From positions 1 through 53,865 of the IMG/VR virus record IMGVR_UViG_3300011339_000645: DNA of 53,865 nucleotides, one strand, 5' to 3'. The position numbers and the translations under genes are program-made. This document shows positions 46,033 to 53,575 of the stretch, piece after piece. A model generated the notes under the pieces. That model was not told where the DNA came from, did no database searches, and was given only the letters and a program-made list of their open reading frames with translations. Source of the DNA: a virus. Taxonomy: Duplodnaviria > Caudoviricetes. Numbering within the stretch: position 1 is the first letter of the stretch; the number at the start of each line of letters is the position of its first letter.

Positions 46033-46320
46033 ATGAACACATACTACATCAAACAAGACGACGGAACATTCGCAGAGGTTACATTCTCTGATGGAATGCT
46101 AATCACAATGCTCACAGAGAAACTCGTAAAAGATGCTCTGTGGAATGCTAGCGCAATCATCAATGAGAGGGTTAACAAGCGGGTTAGTGAAGAGATTGAC
46201 AAGCTCAACATTGCTCAATCCGTTCAGAGTATTGCTGATGATCTAGATATGGAGGATATGGTCAAAGACTCTATCGAATCATATCTAGACAATGTAAGCT
46301 GGGATTTGCGAGTCTGTTAG
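46033..46320 (+). CDS. Small early protein
   Basis: Start MNTYYIK after element B. Confidence 0.7.
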   Translation: MNTYYIKQDDGTFAEVTFSDGMLITMLTEKLVKDALWNASAIINERVNKRVSEEIDKLNIAQSVQSIADDLDMEDMVKDSIESYLDNVSWDLRVC

Positions 46321-46401
46321 TCAGACACACCGCTCATTATCGTTTAACGATAGTGGGCGGTAGTCTGATAGCATGGTGCTATTAGTAAACACGAAACACA
46401 T
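46320..46401 (+). repeat. Early intergenic structured element, copy C
   Basis: TCAGAC-ACA-[CCGCTCATTATCGT-TTA-ACGATAGTGGGCGG]-TA-GTCTGATAGCA-TGG-TGCTATTAG-TAAACACGAAACACAT-ATG. Confidence 0.8.
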
Positions 46402-46836
46402 ATGAAAATAGATGATTACATTATCGACAAACTCAATGAAGAGTTTGAGTCAATTGACATTAAAGAAGCTACCAAGGATATGCTCGATGAGTCTTATCCT
46501 TTCATCAATCTAGGTGGCCCGTTCACCTATATGTCCGCTGGTCATGTGCTAGAGCATTATGATCATTCTGCATTCCGTGAGGAGGTTAATAACTATACTG
46601 ACCTCATGGTTAGAGATGGGAATTGGTATGAGTTCCAAAATAATTATTGGGGCAAGTCCGCCGAGCGCGTAGCAGATGAGTATCGACTTGCTCTTCAGCA
46701 TTGTGATCCATTCCAAGTCACAGGTGTCGAGCATCCCGGCTGGTATTACTACGACAAGATGTCATTCTCGCAGGGGCCGTTCAACTCCCCCGATGAATGC
46801 TACGATCATGCCCTAGATCAATACTACAAGATATGA
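46402..46836 (+). CDS. Acidic, aromatic-rich early protein
   Basis: 144 aa, very D/E/Y-rich. Confidence 0.7.
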   Translation: MKIDDYIIDKLNEEFESIDIKEATKDMLDESYPFINLGGPFTYMSAGHVLEHYDHSAFREEVNNYTDLMVRDGNWYEFQNNYWGKSAERVADEYRLALQHCDPFQVTGVEHPGWYYYDKMSFSQGPFNSPDECYDHALDQYYKI

Positions 46837-47018
46837 ACACGCCAGTAATAGATCGCCCAGAGATTCAAGACATACTAGCTCAACTCAAGAATCTTGATCG
46901 TGAGGGATGGTGCGGCATTACCGATGGTTCATTTGATGATGAGCCTAGCTCAAGCGTCGAACTGACAATCCAATATGCGATGAATTACATTCTAAGTGAA
47001 ATTGTAATTAATAAATGA
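46833..47018 (+). CDS. Small acidic early protein
   Basis: Start MNTPVID by ATGA overlap. Confidence 0.6.
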   Translation: MNTPVIDRPEIQDILAQLKNLDREGWCGITDGSFDDEPSSSVELTIQYAMNYILSEIVINK

Positions 47019-47111
47019 TCAGACACTCCGCTCATCCGAAAGGGTGGGCGGCAGTCTGGTTATCGTTGACGATAATCGGAAACCAAACGAAACAACAAAC
47101 GAAACAAACAC
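47017..47111 (+). repeat. Early intergenic structured element, copy D
   Basis: GATCAGAC-ACT-[CCGCTCATCC-GAAA-GGGTGGGCGG]-CA-GTCTGGTTATCGT-TG-ACGATAATCGGA...AACGAAACAAACAC-ATG. Confidence 0.8.
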
Positions 47112-47333
47112 ATGACAACAGTAATAGACACACAGGAAGGGTTGGAGATGTATAATCTTCTCCGACTCAAAAGCGCATTAAAGTTAGAAGTTGCAGGCAT
47201 GAAGCATTCAAGCGGCAAGTCCGTGTATGCCCATGTCAAACGCAGATTCGGATTCAAAGGCTCGAAAGAGTCTGTCCTTCAGCAACTCATCAACTACATC
47301 AACACAACCTACGGAGTAGACTTCGTAAAATAA
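47112..47333 (+). CDS. Small early protein
   Basis: LKSALKLEVAGMKHS...FGFKGSKESVLQQL. Confidence 0.75.
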   Translation: MTTVIDTQEGLEMYNLLRLKSALKLEVAGMKHSSGKSVYAHVKRRFGFKGSKESVLQQLINYINTTYGVDFVK

Positions 47334-47337
47334 AAGT

Positions 47338-47574
47338 ATGACACTAGATATAAAGCCAGAAGATTCAATTGGCGAGGAAATCGCATCGCAAATCAGATCA
47401 ACAGGATCAAAATTTACCATAACAATGGTAGATGATCTTGATGGTCAAGAAACAGCCATTCTTGCAGATCAAGACTGGAATGACATGACGATTATCCAAA
47501 CCATTGGCGGTGAAATCAAGGTGACTCATCTTGATGAGAAAGAAATAGCAGCAATCAAAGCAATACTTCTATGA
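47338..47574 (+). CDS. Small acidic protein
   Basis: 78 aa, coupled to neighbours. Confidence 0.65.
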   Translation: MTLDIKPEDSIGEEIASQIRSTGSKFTITMVDDLDGQETAILADQDWNDMTIIQTIGGEIKVTHLDEKEIAAIKAILL

Positions 47575-47711
47575 GCGCAACAGAAAGAACCCAACCAACC
47601 TGTCTTCCGCCAGAAGCCTACATTCGCTTGTGGGCCAATGCCAAGACAGACAAGGAACCAAAGTTCCAGTCTTCCGTTTACCCAAAGAAAAAGAAGGAGC
47701 CAAAGAAATGA
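47571..47711 (+). CDS. Small basic protein (46 aa)
   Basis: Hand-translated MSATERTQPTCLPPEAYIRLWANAK...KKKKEPKK*; ATGA overlaps on both sides. Confidence 0.55.
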   Translation: MSATERTQPTCLPPEAYIRLWANAKTDKEPKFQSSVYPKKKKEPKK

Positions 47712-49318
47712 CTCTTTCTAGTCTTATTGATTGCGTTGACTTTAGTCAGCCAATGCGACTCCAGACCAAGCGTGGGTTGCGCCTTCTTCGGAAGGCGTCT
47801 CCCACCAAGGAGTTCTGGGATATCTACAGGTCAGACAAGGAAGTGTTCTCATCCGAGCTTCGGAAGCTAGGGATTCAAGTATCAGAATTCCGTGGCAATT
47901 GGGAACTATCATGGTGGTCGAAGGATGATCTTTCCTTCCCGGCTATCCATGACTTCGCTGTCTCAGAGCAGAAGGATGAGCCTATCGTTTACGATATGCC
48001 TTCCCTCATGCATCCAGAGAACTTGTTTGAGTATCAACTCACATCAGTTCAGCTAGGATTGCGCTCGATGATGAAGTATAACCGCGCTCTTCTCGGTCAT
48101 GGCACAGGCATGGGCAAGACGGCAATCGCCCTTGCTATCGCCCGTGAGCGTGGCCGTAAGGTCGCAGTCATCTGTCCCAAGCCAATCGTCACAGACTGGC
48201 ATAGGATGGCAAAATACCTCGGCGTAGAAACGCATGAAGTATGTGGATGGGAATGGGTCAAGACTGGTAAGTCTAACATTGGTCGCTGGACAGATGATAA
48301 GAAGAAGGAATTCAAGTATCATCTGCCTCCAGATGTTGATCTCATCTTCGACGAGGTTCATCGCGGCAAAGGAATGGGAACACAGAACGCATACCTAGTT
48401 AGGGATGCAGTTGTTCAGAATGTCCCTGCCCTAGCATTATCGGCAACGATAGCAGATGACCCTACCAAGATGTGGGCAATCGGCCAGTTCCTTGGCTTGC
48501 ACAGAGGTAGTGACTACTATCCCTTTCTTCATAGGAATGGGTGCGTAAAGACCCAATGGGGTATGCAGTTCCGTGGTGGAATGAAAGTCCTTCGTTCTAT
48601 TCACAAAAGCATATTCCCAGATCGCGGCAATCGCCTCAAACCATCCGATGTCGGTGATGCGTTTCCAGAGACTCTCATCCATGCCAGAGCATTCGACATG
48701 GATAGTGCCAAGGAAATCGCTACCGAATACGACAAGCTACTGACTCGCATCGAGGAACTGCGTATGCAGGAAAACTTCGCGGCCAATGTCCTAGCAGAAC
48801 AAACCAGAGCAAGACAAGCTATCGAGCTTCTTAAGGCTCCAGCCGTTTGTTCTCTGGTCAAGGACTTGACCGAAGAAGGCAACTCAGTCTTCATCGCAGT
48901 CAACTATGTAGAGACACTCAAGTTCATGGAGGAGGAAATCAAGACCAAATGCACGATCCAAGGTGGTCAGAATGACCTCACCCGCCGGGGAAATATCGAT
49001 TCATTCCAGAACGATAAATCCAGAGTAATCATAGGAATCATCCAAGCCTGCCGTGAAGGTCTTAACCTCCATGACTTGAATGGTGATCATCCTCGCGTTG
49101 CTCTCATCATGCCTACCTACTCAGTCTTCGATCTCAAGCAAGTCTTGGGTCGAGTTCACCGAGCAGGCGGCAAATCAAAATCAATCCAATACCTAGTCTA
49201 CGCCGCTGGCGTTGCTTTGGAAGAGGATATCTGTAATTCACTAGACAAGAAACTGAAACAAATGGATCAACTGATGGATGGAGAAGTAGATGCTTCCATC
49301 TCTCTAGTTGCCAAGTAA
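47708..49318 (+). CDS. Superfamily-2 (SNF2/DEXH-like) helicase
   Basis: GTGMGKT, DEVH, SAT, EGLNL and QVLGRVHR motifs; probable start MTLSSL. Confidence 0.9.
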   Translation: MTLSSLIDCVDFSQPMRLQTKRGLRLLRKASPTKEFWDIYRSDKEVFSSELRKLGIQVSEFRGNWELSWWSKDDLSFPAIHDFAVSEQKDEPIVYDMPSLMHPENLFEYQLTSVQLGLRSMMKYNRALLGHGTGMGKTAIALAIARERGRKVAVICPKPIVTDWHRMAKYLGVETHEVCGWEWVKTGKSNIGRWTDDKKKEFKYHLPPDVDLIFDEVHRGKGMGTQNAYLVRDAVVQNVPALALSATIADDPTKMWAIGQFLGLHRGSDYYPFLHRNGCVKTQWGMQFRGGMKVLRSIHKSIFPDRGNRLKPSDVGDAFPETLIHARAFDMDSAKEIATEYDKLLTRIEELRMQENFAANVLAEQTRARQAIELLKAPAVCSLVKDLTEEGNSVFIAVNYVETLKFMEEEIKTKCTIQGGQNDLTRRGNIDSFQNDKSRVIIGIIQACREGLNLHDLNGDHPRVALIMPTYSVFDLKQVLGRVHRAGGKSKSIQYLVYAAGVALEEDICNSLDKKLKQMDQLMDGEVDASISLVAK

Positions 49319-49324
49319 AGAAAT

Positions 49325-49370
49325 GGGGCAGATTCACAGGTTAATTCCTGCGGTCTGCCCCTTTTTGTTT
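49325..49370 (+). terminator. Intrinsic terminator
   Basis: GGGGCAGA...TCTGCCCC-TTTTTGTTT, directly followed by a palindrome variant. Confidence 0.75.
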
Positions 49371-49473
49371 ATCGTTAACGAGAATTTTTCCCGCTGTCAC
49401 ATGGTAACCCTTAAACTTGCGACCATGTAACACTCCGCTTTTGCGGGGAGGTATTAGCTCACGGGAAAAGTTG

Positions 49474-49728
49474 TTACTCCTCTTTCTTCTCGTCTGGTGG
49501 TCGGCGTTCCATACCGATGCGGTAGTGCAGGAACGCTAGGCCAAGATACTTGATCGCTTCCGATCCTTCTTGGTATCGCGCTCCCGTCCTCACCACCATC
49601 TGAGCAAGGAGGTTTGCCGTGCTGGCGAAGGCGTGGATAGCCTCGTCAGTCTTTTCATTGTTCGTTGTTGGAAACGAGAAGATCGTTTTCAGACTCTCGT
49701 TCAGTTCATTTGCTGGGTTGTTTTCCAT
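49474..49728 (-). CDS. Hypothetical protein
   Basis: 84 aa; last gene of the leftward block. Confidence 0.6.
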   Translation of the reverse strand: MENNPANELNESLKTIFSFPTTNNEKTDEAIHAFASTANLLAQMVVRTGARYQEGSEAIKYLGLAFLHYRIGMERRPPDEKKEE

Positions 49729-49730
49729 AA

Positions 49731-50141
49731 TTAGTCTTTAGGTATGTATTTTTGGCTTGCGTATTTATTGAATGCTTTTTTGAGTCTTACTGCTTGATTG
49801 TAGAATGAGTCCACAATTTCTTTTGTGCATTCTGGAAAGTCATCATCCCAAGGAGAACCGCTCAGTTCGTCTTTTATGAATTGATCTACAATCTTTTTTA
49901 CAGTAATTTCAATGGGCGGATATTCGTAACCATTTGGATGTTTAACCTCAATGCTTGCTATACTACCATCAGTTGTGAGGCGAACAGTCATGTCATCCAT
50001 CATTTTGTCGATGGCTAATGCTATGTCTAAAGAAGCGAGTTCTTTGTCTCCCTGCAATAATTTAAGAATCGCATCTTGAACGCAAGAGGATAGTGCCTCC
50101 TTAACAAATGGATTCATTAGGGCTTTTGTTGTTCTTTTCAT
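49731..50141 (-). CDS. Hypothetical protein
   Basis: Probable start MKRTTK by TAATG overlap; AT-rich. Confidence 0.6.
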   Translation of the reverse strand: MKRTTKALMNPFVKEALSSCVQDAILKLLQGDKELASLDIALAIDKMMDDMTVRLTTDGSIASIEVKHPNGYEYPPIEITVKKIVDQFIKDELSGSPWDDDFPECTKEIVDSFYNQAVRLKKAFNKYASQKYIPKD

Positions 50142-51094
50142 TATTCTCCTCTCAAAAACTGCATCCATTCATTCTCCGCTGCATCGAACCAGCTTTTCCC
50201 TTGCAGGTCGATGATTAATTGGTGAGCCTCTACTTCATCGGGAACTTGGGATACAACTTCAGAGTTAGACCAGTTCTCCACATTCAGAACAAGGTAGCGG
50301 TGAGGCAGGGGTTTCATCTTGTCATCCCTGCCTTGGGCTTCACGGACTTTGCCGCGAACCTCTTGGCTCGATAGCTTCTCTACCTTGGCGCATTCAAGCA
50401 GCTTCTGCATCTTGTCCTTGGACAGGTCTGCTGTAGCCACTTCAAGGTGGACTGTGAATGGGAGCATAGGGTCACGGGATTCATGGCCCAAGACTCGGCA
50501 GGTGCGAGCGTAGTTGCTGACTGTGCTGTAGCTCTTCTTGAACTGGGCGCACAATTGATTGACTACATTCTCATGTCCCGCATCCTCAAGTGCGACTACC
50601 GCATCCCCGATGATCCATTGGCTTCCGCTTTCCAAAGTAAGGCCGAAAGCAAAAGCTTTGACCCAGTCTTTAGCTTCTACCTGACCTTTAGGAACGCAGC
50701 GTGTCATACCTCCAAGGTCGAACTTCTGTGTGAAGGATGAGAAATCAAGACCCTCAGTCACAGAGTTGACAAGCTCAAGGCTTTCATTCTCTGGCTCGAC
50801 TACCTCAACATTATCGTTAACGATAGTTTCGGTGTTCTTGGATTCAATAAGATCAACGGCAGTCTCGTAGTCGAATGCCATCTTCTCATACATCTCTGCG
50901 ACCTCGTCGGCCACATTGTCTTCCAAGTATTGGTTCTTTTTTACCTTATCCCATACCTTCTTTACCAAGGCATCTGTCATGTTGATTCCCTTCCACTCCT
51001 GTTGAGCAAAGGTTAACATCTGCTTGAGATAGGTTGCTTCGTTGACGAGTTGTCCCTCGTTGAGAGGGCTGAATAGTTCTAGTTTAGTTTTCAT
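50141..51094 (-). CDS. DNA-binding protein with LmbU-like domain
   Basis: SQWIIGD...SYSTVSNYARTC...R...LPFTVHLEVA...LLECAKVEKLSSQEVR resembles, from memory, the LmbU-family pattern WWxGD...YQTLRNYAWVA...LSFxHHAEVA. Confidence 0.6.
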   Translation of the reverse strand: MKTKLELFSPLNEGQLVNEATYLKQMLTFAQQEWKGINMTDALVKKVWDKVKKNQYLEDNVADEVAEMYEKMAFDYETAVDLIESKNTETIVNDNVEVVEPENESLELVNSVTEGLDFSSFTQKFDLGGMTRCVPKGQVEAKDWVKAFAFGLTLESGSQWIIGDAVVALEDAGHENVVNQLCAQFKKSYSTVSNYARTCRVLGHESRDPMLPFTVHLEVATADLSKDKMQKLLECAKVEKLSSQEVRGKVREAQGRDDKMKPLPHRYLVLNVENWSNSEVVSQVPDEVEAHQLIIDLQGKSWFDAAENEWMQFLRGE

Positions 51095-51321
51095 GTGTTT
51101 ATTGTGAATTTCATTAATGCTATGAGGACATTTCCTCTTGGGGTTACGCCGTATTCTTTGTCCAATGCAAGCCAGCGACTTACTTGCACGGCTCCGCTCC
51201 TGCCTTCGGAGATTTTCTCACCCTCTGGCAGGTAGCGGTTGAGGATGCGAGGCATATCCTTTATCAGAATACCCTCGACCCTCATGCGTTCTAAGACGCG
51301 CTCTATGACATCGTCTACCAC
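51091..51321 (-). CDS. Small HTH-like protein
   Basis: AVQVSRWL...TPRGNVLIAL. Confidence 0.55.
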   Translation of the reverse strand: MVDDVIERVLERMRVEGILIKDMPRILNRYLPEGEKISEGRSGAVQVSRWLALDKEYGVTPRGNVLIALMKFTINT

Positions 51322-52121
51322 GGGATGTCATCCTGCACTTCATCGGTCAAAGGCCCGTCCAAATTAAGGTCGATGCCAGCTTGCTCGACACACTTGGAGA
51401 ACGGGCAGTTAAACCCTTTCTCTAGGTAGTGTTGAAACAACTTAGTCAAGGCAGGCTTTCCGATTGAACCCAAGGTTTTACCCTTCATGGAACCACTCGG
51501 CACAATAGCCGCGCCCCAGTCTTTCGGATCACAGACAGGAGCGGCAGGCTCAGACGCTACAGCGTAGACGATACCCTTCCTGTTGGATTCAATGAAGACT
51601 GACGCCACATAAGAGCGAAGAGTCTCCTCATCTGTAGCCCTGCCAGCGTAGGCATGGCGAACTAACCCATCGATGTAGAGATGCATCTCAACAATCTTAT
51701 CAATGGCACTCTTCGGATCGCCTATCTCTGTCTGTCGAGGTGTTGCAGAACTTGCAACACGGGGAGGTTCCTCGCTTTGCCCTTCGATCTCTACCTTGCC
51801 AGACCCAGTCACCTTGATGACATCGCGGTCAACATGACCATTCTTTCCATCGTAGGATTCATGGTCGAGGGTAACTCCATTAAGCCCATGCTTACTGCGG
51901 ACTGAGGACAGGGCAATCACCCTACCCTTCAAGGATTCTGGCTGAGTGTTGTTCCAGAACGACAGGCCGTAGGTTGCGCCGTCGATCTCGATCTCTCCAC
52001 CTTGTTTAGTGAATTCGCCTTTAGGCCCGTTGAAGGTCTTGGCTTCCCATAGCTTCGTTACTTTACCAGTAACGCGCTTGATGATGTCTTTCTGTTCGAT
52101 TCCGTCTAGTTGCTTGCTCAT
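51315..52121 (-). CDS. Single-stranded DNA-binding protein (OB fold)
   Basis: RVTGKVTKLWEAKTF...LSFWN OB-type N-terminus; acidic DEVQDDIPW tail. Confidence 0.75.
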   Translation of the reverse strand: MSKQLDGIEQKDIIKRVTGKVTKLWEAKTFNGPKGEFTKQGGEIEIDGATYGLSFWNNTQPESLKGRVIALSSVRSKHGLNGVTLDHESYDGKNGHVDRDVIKVTGSGKVEIEGQSEEPPRVASSATPRQTEIGDPKSAIDKIVEMHLYIDGLVRHAYAGRATDEETLRSYVASVFIESNRKGIVYAVASEPAAPVCDPKDWGAAIVPSGSMKGKTLGSIGKPALTKLFQHYLEKGFNCPFSKCVEQAGIDLNLDGPLTDEVQDDIPW

Positions 52122-52128
52122 AATTTAT

Positions 52129-52365
52129 TTACCAGTTTTCCTCGTTTATTGTTAATGATTTCTTTTCCTTCGTTGACCTGTCGTAGATGTAATAGAAGTC
52201 AAATACTCCGCTAAGAGAGATGTGAACTTCCCATCGGCTTGTTGGATCAACAGTTTCGTCTATGTCTGCTGGAGGCTGGATTGCCATCCAATCTAATGCT
52301 TCTTGTCTATTCTCTTCTGGCAGCATTGCCAGTCTTTCAATAGATGGCAATAGTCTTTTACTCAT
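52129..52365 (-). CDS. Hypothetical protein
   Basis: Probable start MSKRLLP at 52365. Confidence 0.6.
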   Translation of the reverse strand: MSKRLLPSIERLAMLPEENRQEALDWMAIQPPADIDETVDPTSRWEVHISLSGVFDFYYIYDRSTKEKKSLTINEENW

Positions 52366-53227
52366 GTGTTTGGTATTTGGTTTTGTAGTAGTGGCAGAAT
52401 GGTGCGACAGAGCAGAACCGCTCGCATCGTATGTCACCACCCGCACGGGTTTCTATGCTATGCTTTGCTCCGTAGGATGGAAGAAGATTCTGTGCTTCCT
52501 CCATCGTGGAACAAACTTTTACTGCCCTCTTGCCACCCTCTTTCTTGATGGCAAAGGTATCTGCTTTAGCCCACCGCTCTTCGGGCGAGCATTCTGGGAT
52601 GTCATCGTCGAGCTTCTTGGCTGCGGCTTGATGCAAGGCGACTCGCTCCGTAGCGTAAGCGATGCACTCTGCTTCACTCCACAATGGAATGTCAACGATG
52701 TGGACTGCACACTTAGGGTAGTCATTCTCATACTCAGCCTTGCTCGACTGCCAGTCCCGAAGGATGGCGACGATCTGACCTTTCTTGACTTCATACCCAT
52801 AGCTCCTCCAGAGCATGGCATTCAAGTTGATCTGCGCTTCCCACTCACTCTTGGTTCCAAGCATGAATGAGAAGACCGATGTTACCTTGAAGTCGGAGAT
52901 GGTTTTGCTCTCCGTCTCGTAGAGATCAGTCTGACCAGACAATGTCCAACCATTGATGTCCATGTAGAGTCGGCGTTCTGTCTGCTCTGTCTCGCCGCCT
53001 GCTAGTTCAAGGACTTTGTGGACTGACTGACCTAACAGAGTCCAGACCCTGTCGGATGCGTCCTCTGTGATCTCTTCCCCATGCCGCTTGCGAAGCTGGA
53101 AGATTTTCGGTGGGCCTATCAAGCTAGTCACCGAGATGTCGAATGGCTTCGCACCCGGTGTGTATCCATCATGGCTCAACGCACGAAACATTGGGGCTGG
53201 TAGCCCGTGATTGTTTGTGATCTTCAT
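52358..53227 (-). CDS. PD-(D/E)XK exonuclease (Cas4/RecB-like)
   Basis: LGQSVH, GQTDLY, ISDFKVT and QINLN motifs with C-terminal RCERFCSVAPFC. Confidence 0.85.
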   Translation of the reverse strand: MKITNNHGLPAPMFRALSHDGYTPGAKPFDISVTSLIGPPKIFQLRKRHGEEITEDASDRVWTLLGQSVHKVLELAGGETEQTERRLYMDINGWTLSGQTDLYETESKTISDFKVTSVFSFMLGTKSEWEAQINLNAMLWRSYGYEVKKGQIVAILRDWQSSKAEYENDYPKCAVHIVDIPLWSEAECIAYATERVALHQAAAKKLDDDIPECSPEERWAKADTFAIKKEGGKRAVKVCSTMEEAQNLLPSYGAKHSIETRAGGDIRCERFCSVAPFCHYYKTKYQTHE

Positions 53228-53415
53228 TTGGCTTCGTATGTAGCAGAGATGATCTCGGCAACTCCACGGAGGTGCTTTGCGATCTTCTGAACTTCATCAC
53301 CAGATTTCAGTTCCCCCAATGCAAAGGTTCCAGAGTTTGCTGTAGCCTCTACAAGGCGAAGGAAGATATCGTCTTGGATGTTTGTTTTGACTGCTGGTTT
53401 TTTTGGTTCGCTCAT
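53224..53415 (-). CDS. Hypothetical protein
   Basis: 63 aa; first gene behind the promoter at 53452. Confidence 0.65.
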   Translation of the reverse strand: MSEPKKPAVKTNIQDDIFLRLVEATANSGTFALGELKSGDEVQKIAKHLRGVAEIISATYEAK

Positions 53416-53424
53416 AGGAATACC

Positions 53425-53452
53425 AAGATAACACTTCTGTTGTTTCTGTCAA
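53425..53452 (-). promoter_or_regulatory. Sigma70-like promoter of the recombination block
   Basis: TTGACA-16 bp-TATCTT with extended TG; palindrome 12 bp upstream of the -35. Confidence 0.65.
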
Positions 53453-53476
53453 TAGTTTTATTTCTATCGTTAACGA

Positions 53477-53514
53477 TAAAAGAAAAAGAGGGGCCGATTA
53501 CTCAGCCCCCCTCT
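53477..53514 (-). terminator. Intrinsic terminator ending the virion operon
   Basis: GC-rich GAGGGGG...CCCCCTC hairpin followed by TTTTTCTTTT on the minus strand. Confidence 0.75.
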
Positions 53515-53575
53515 CACGAAACGAACACATGAAAACACCGACAACTAGTGCCAGTCCAGCAAGGATACTCGGATA

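Larger units (their letters stand above)
2847..53479. repeat. Dispersed palindrome (T)TATCGTTAACGATA(A), about 30 copies
   Basis: Exact 14-mers start at 4223, 6613, 11163, 13677, 16963, 17954, 20477, 24264, 27810, 30730, 32825, 38503, 41133, 41639, 50812 and 53465. One-mismatch copies at 2848, 36410, 43585, 44143, 44362, 45626, 45969, 47061, 47983 and 49370. One-base-insertion copies at 45047 and 46338. Weaker copies near 22372, 34923, 42517 and 42730. Counted by eye. Confidence 0.95.

Noticed and set aside
45029-47111. Early elements as integron attC sites
   Set aside because: Placement is cassette-like, but the RYYYAAC/GTTRRRY ends are missing, no tyrosine recombinase was found, and G.U-type pairing favours RNA.
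2847-53479. Palindrome copies as a CRISPR array
   Set aside because: Spacing is hundreds to thousands of bases, many copies are inside genes, and there is no cas operon. The Cas4-like nuclease is a common stand-alone phage exonuclease.
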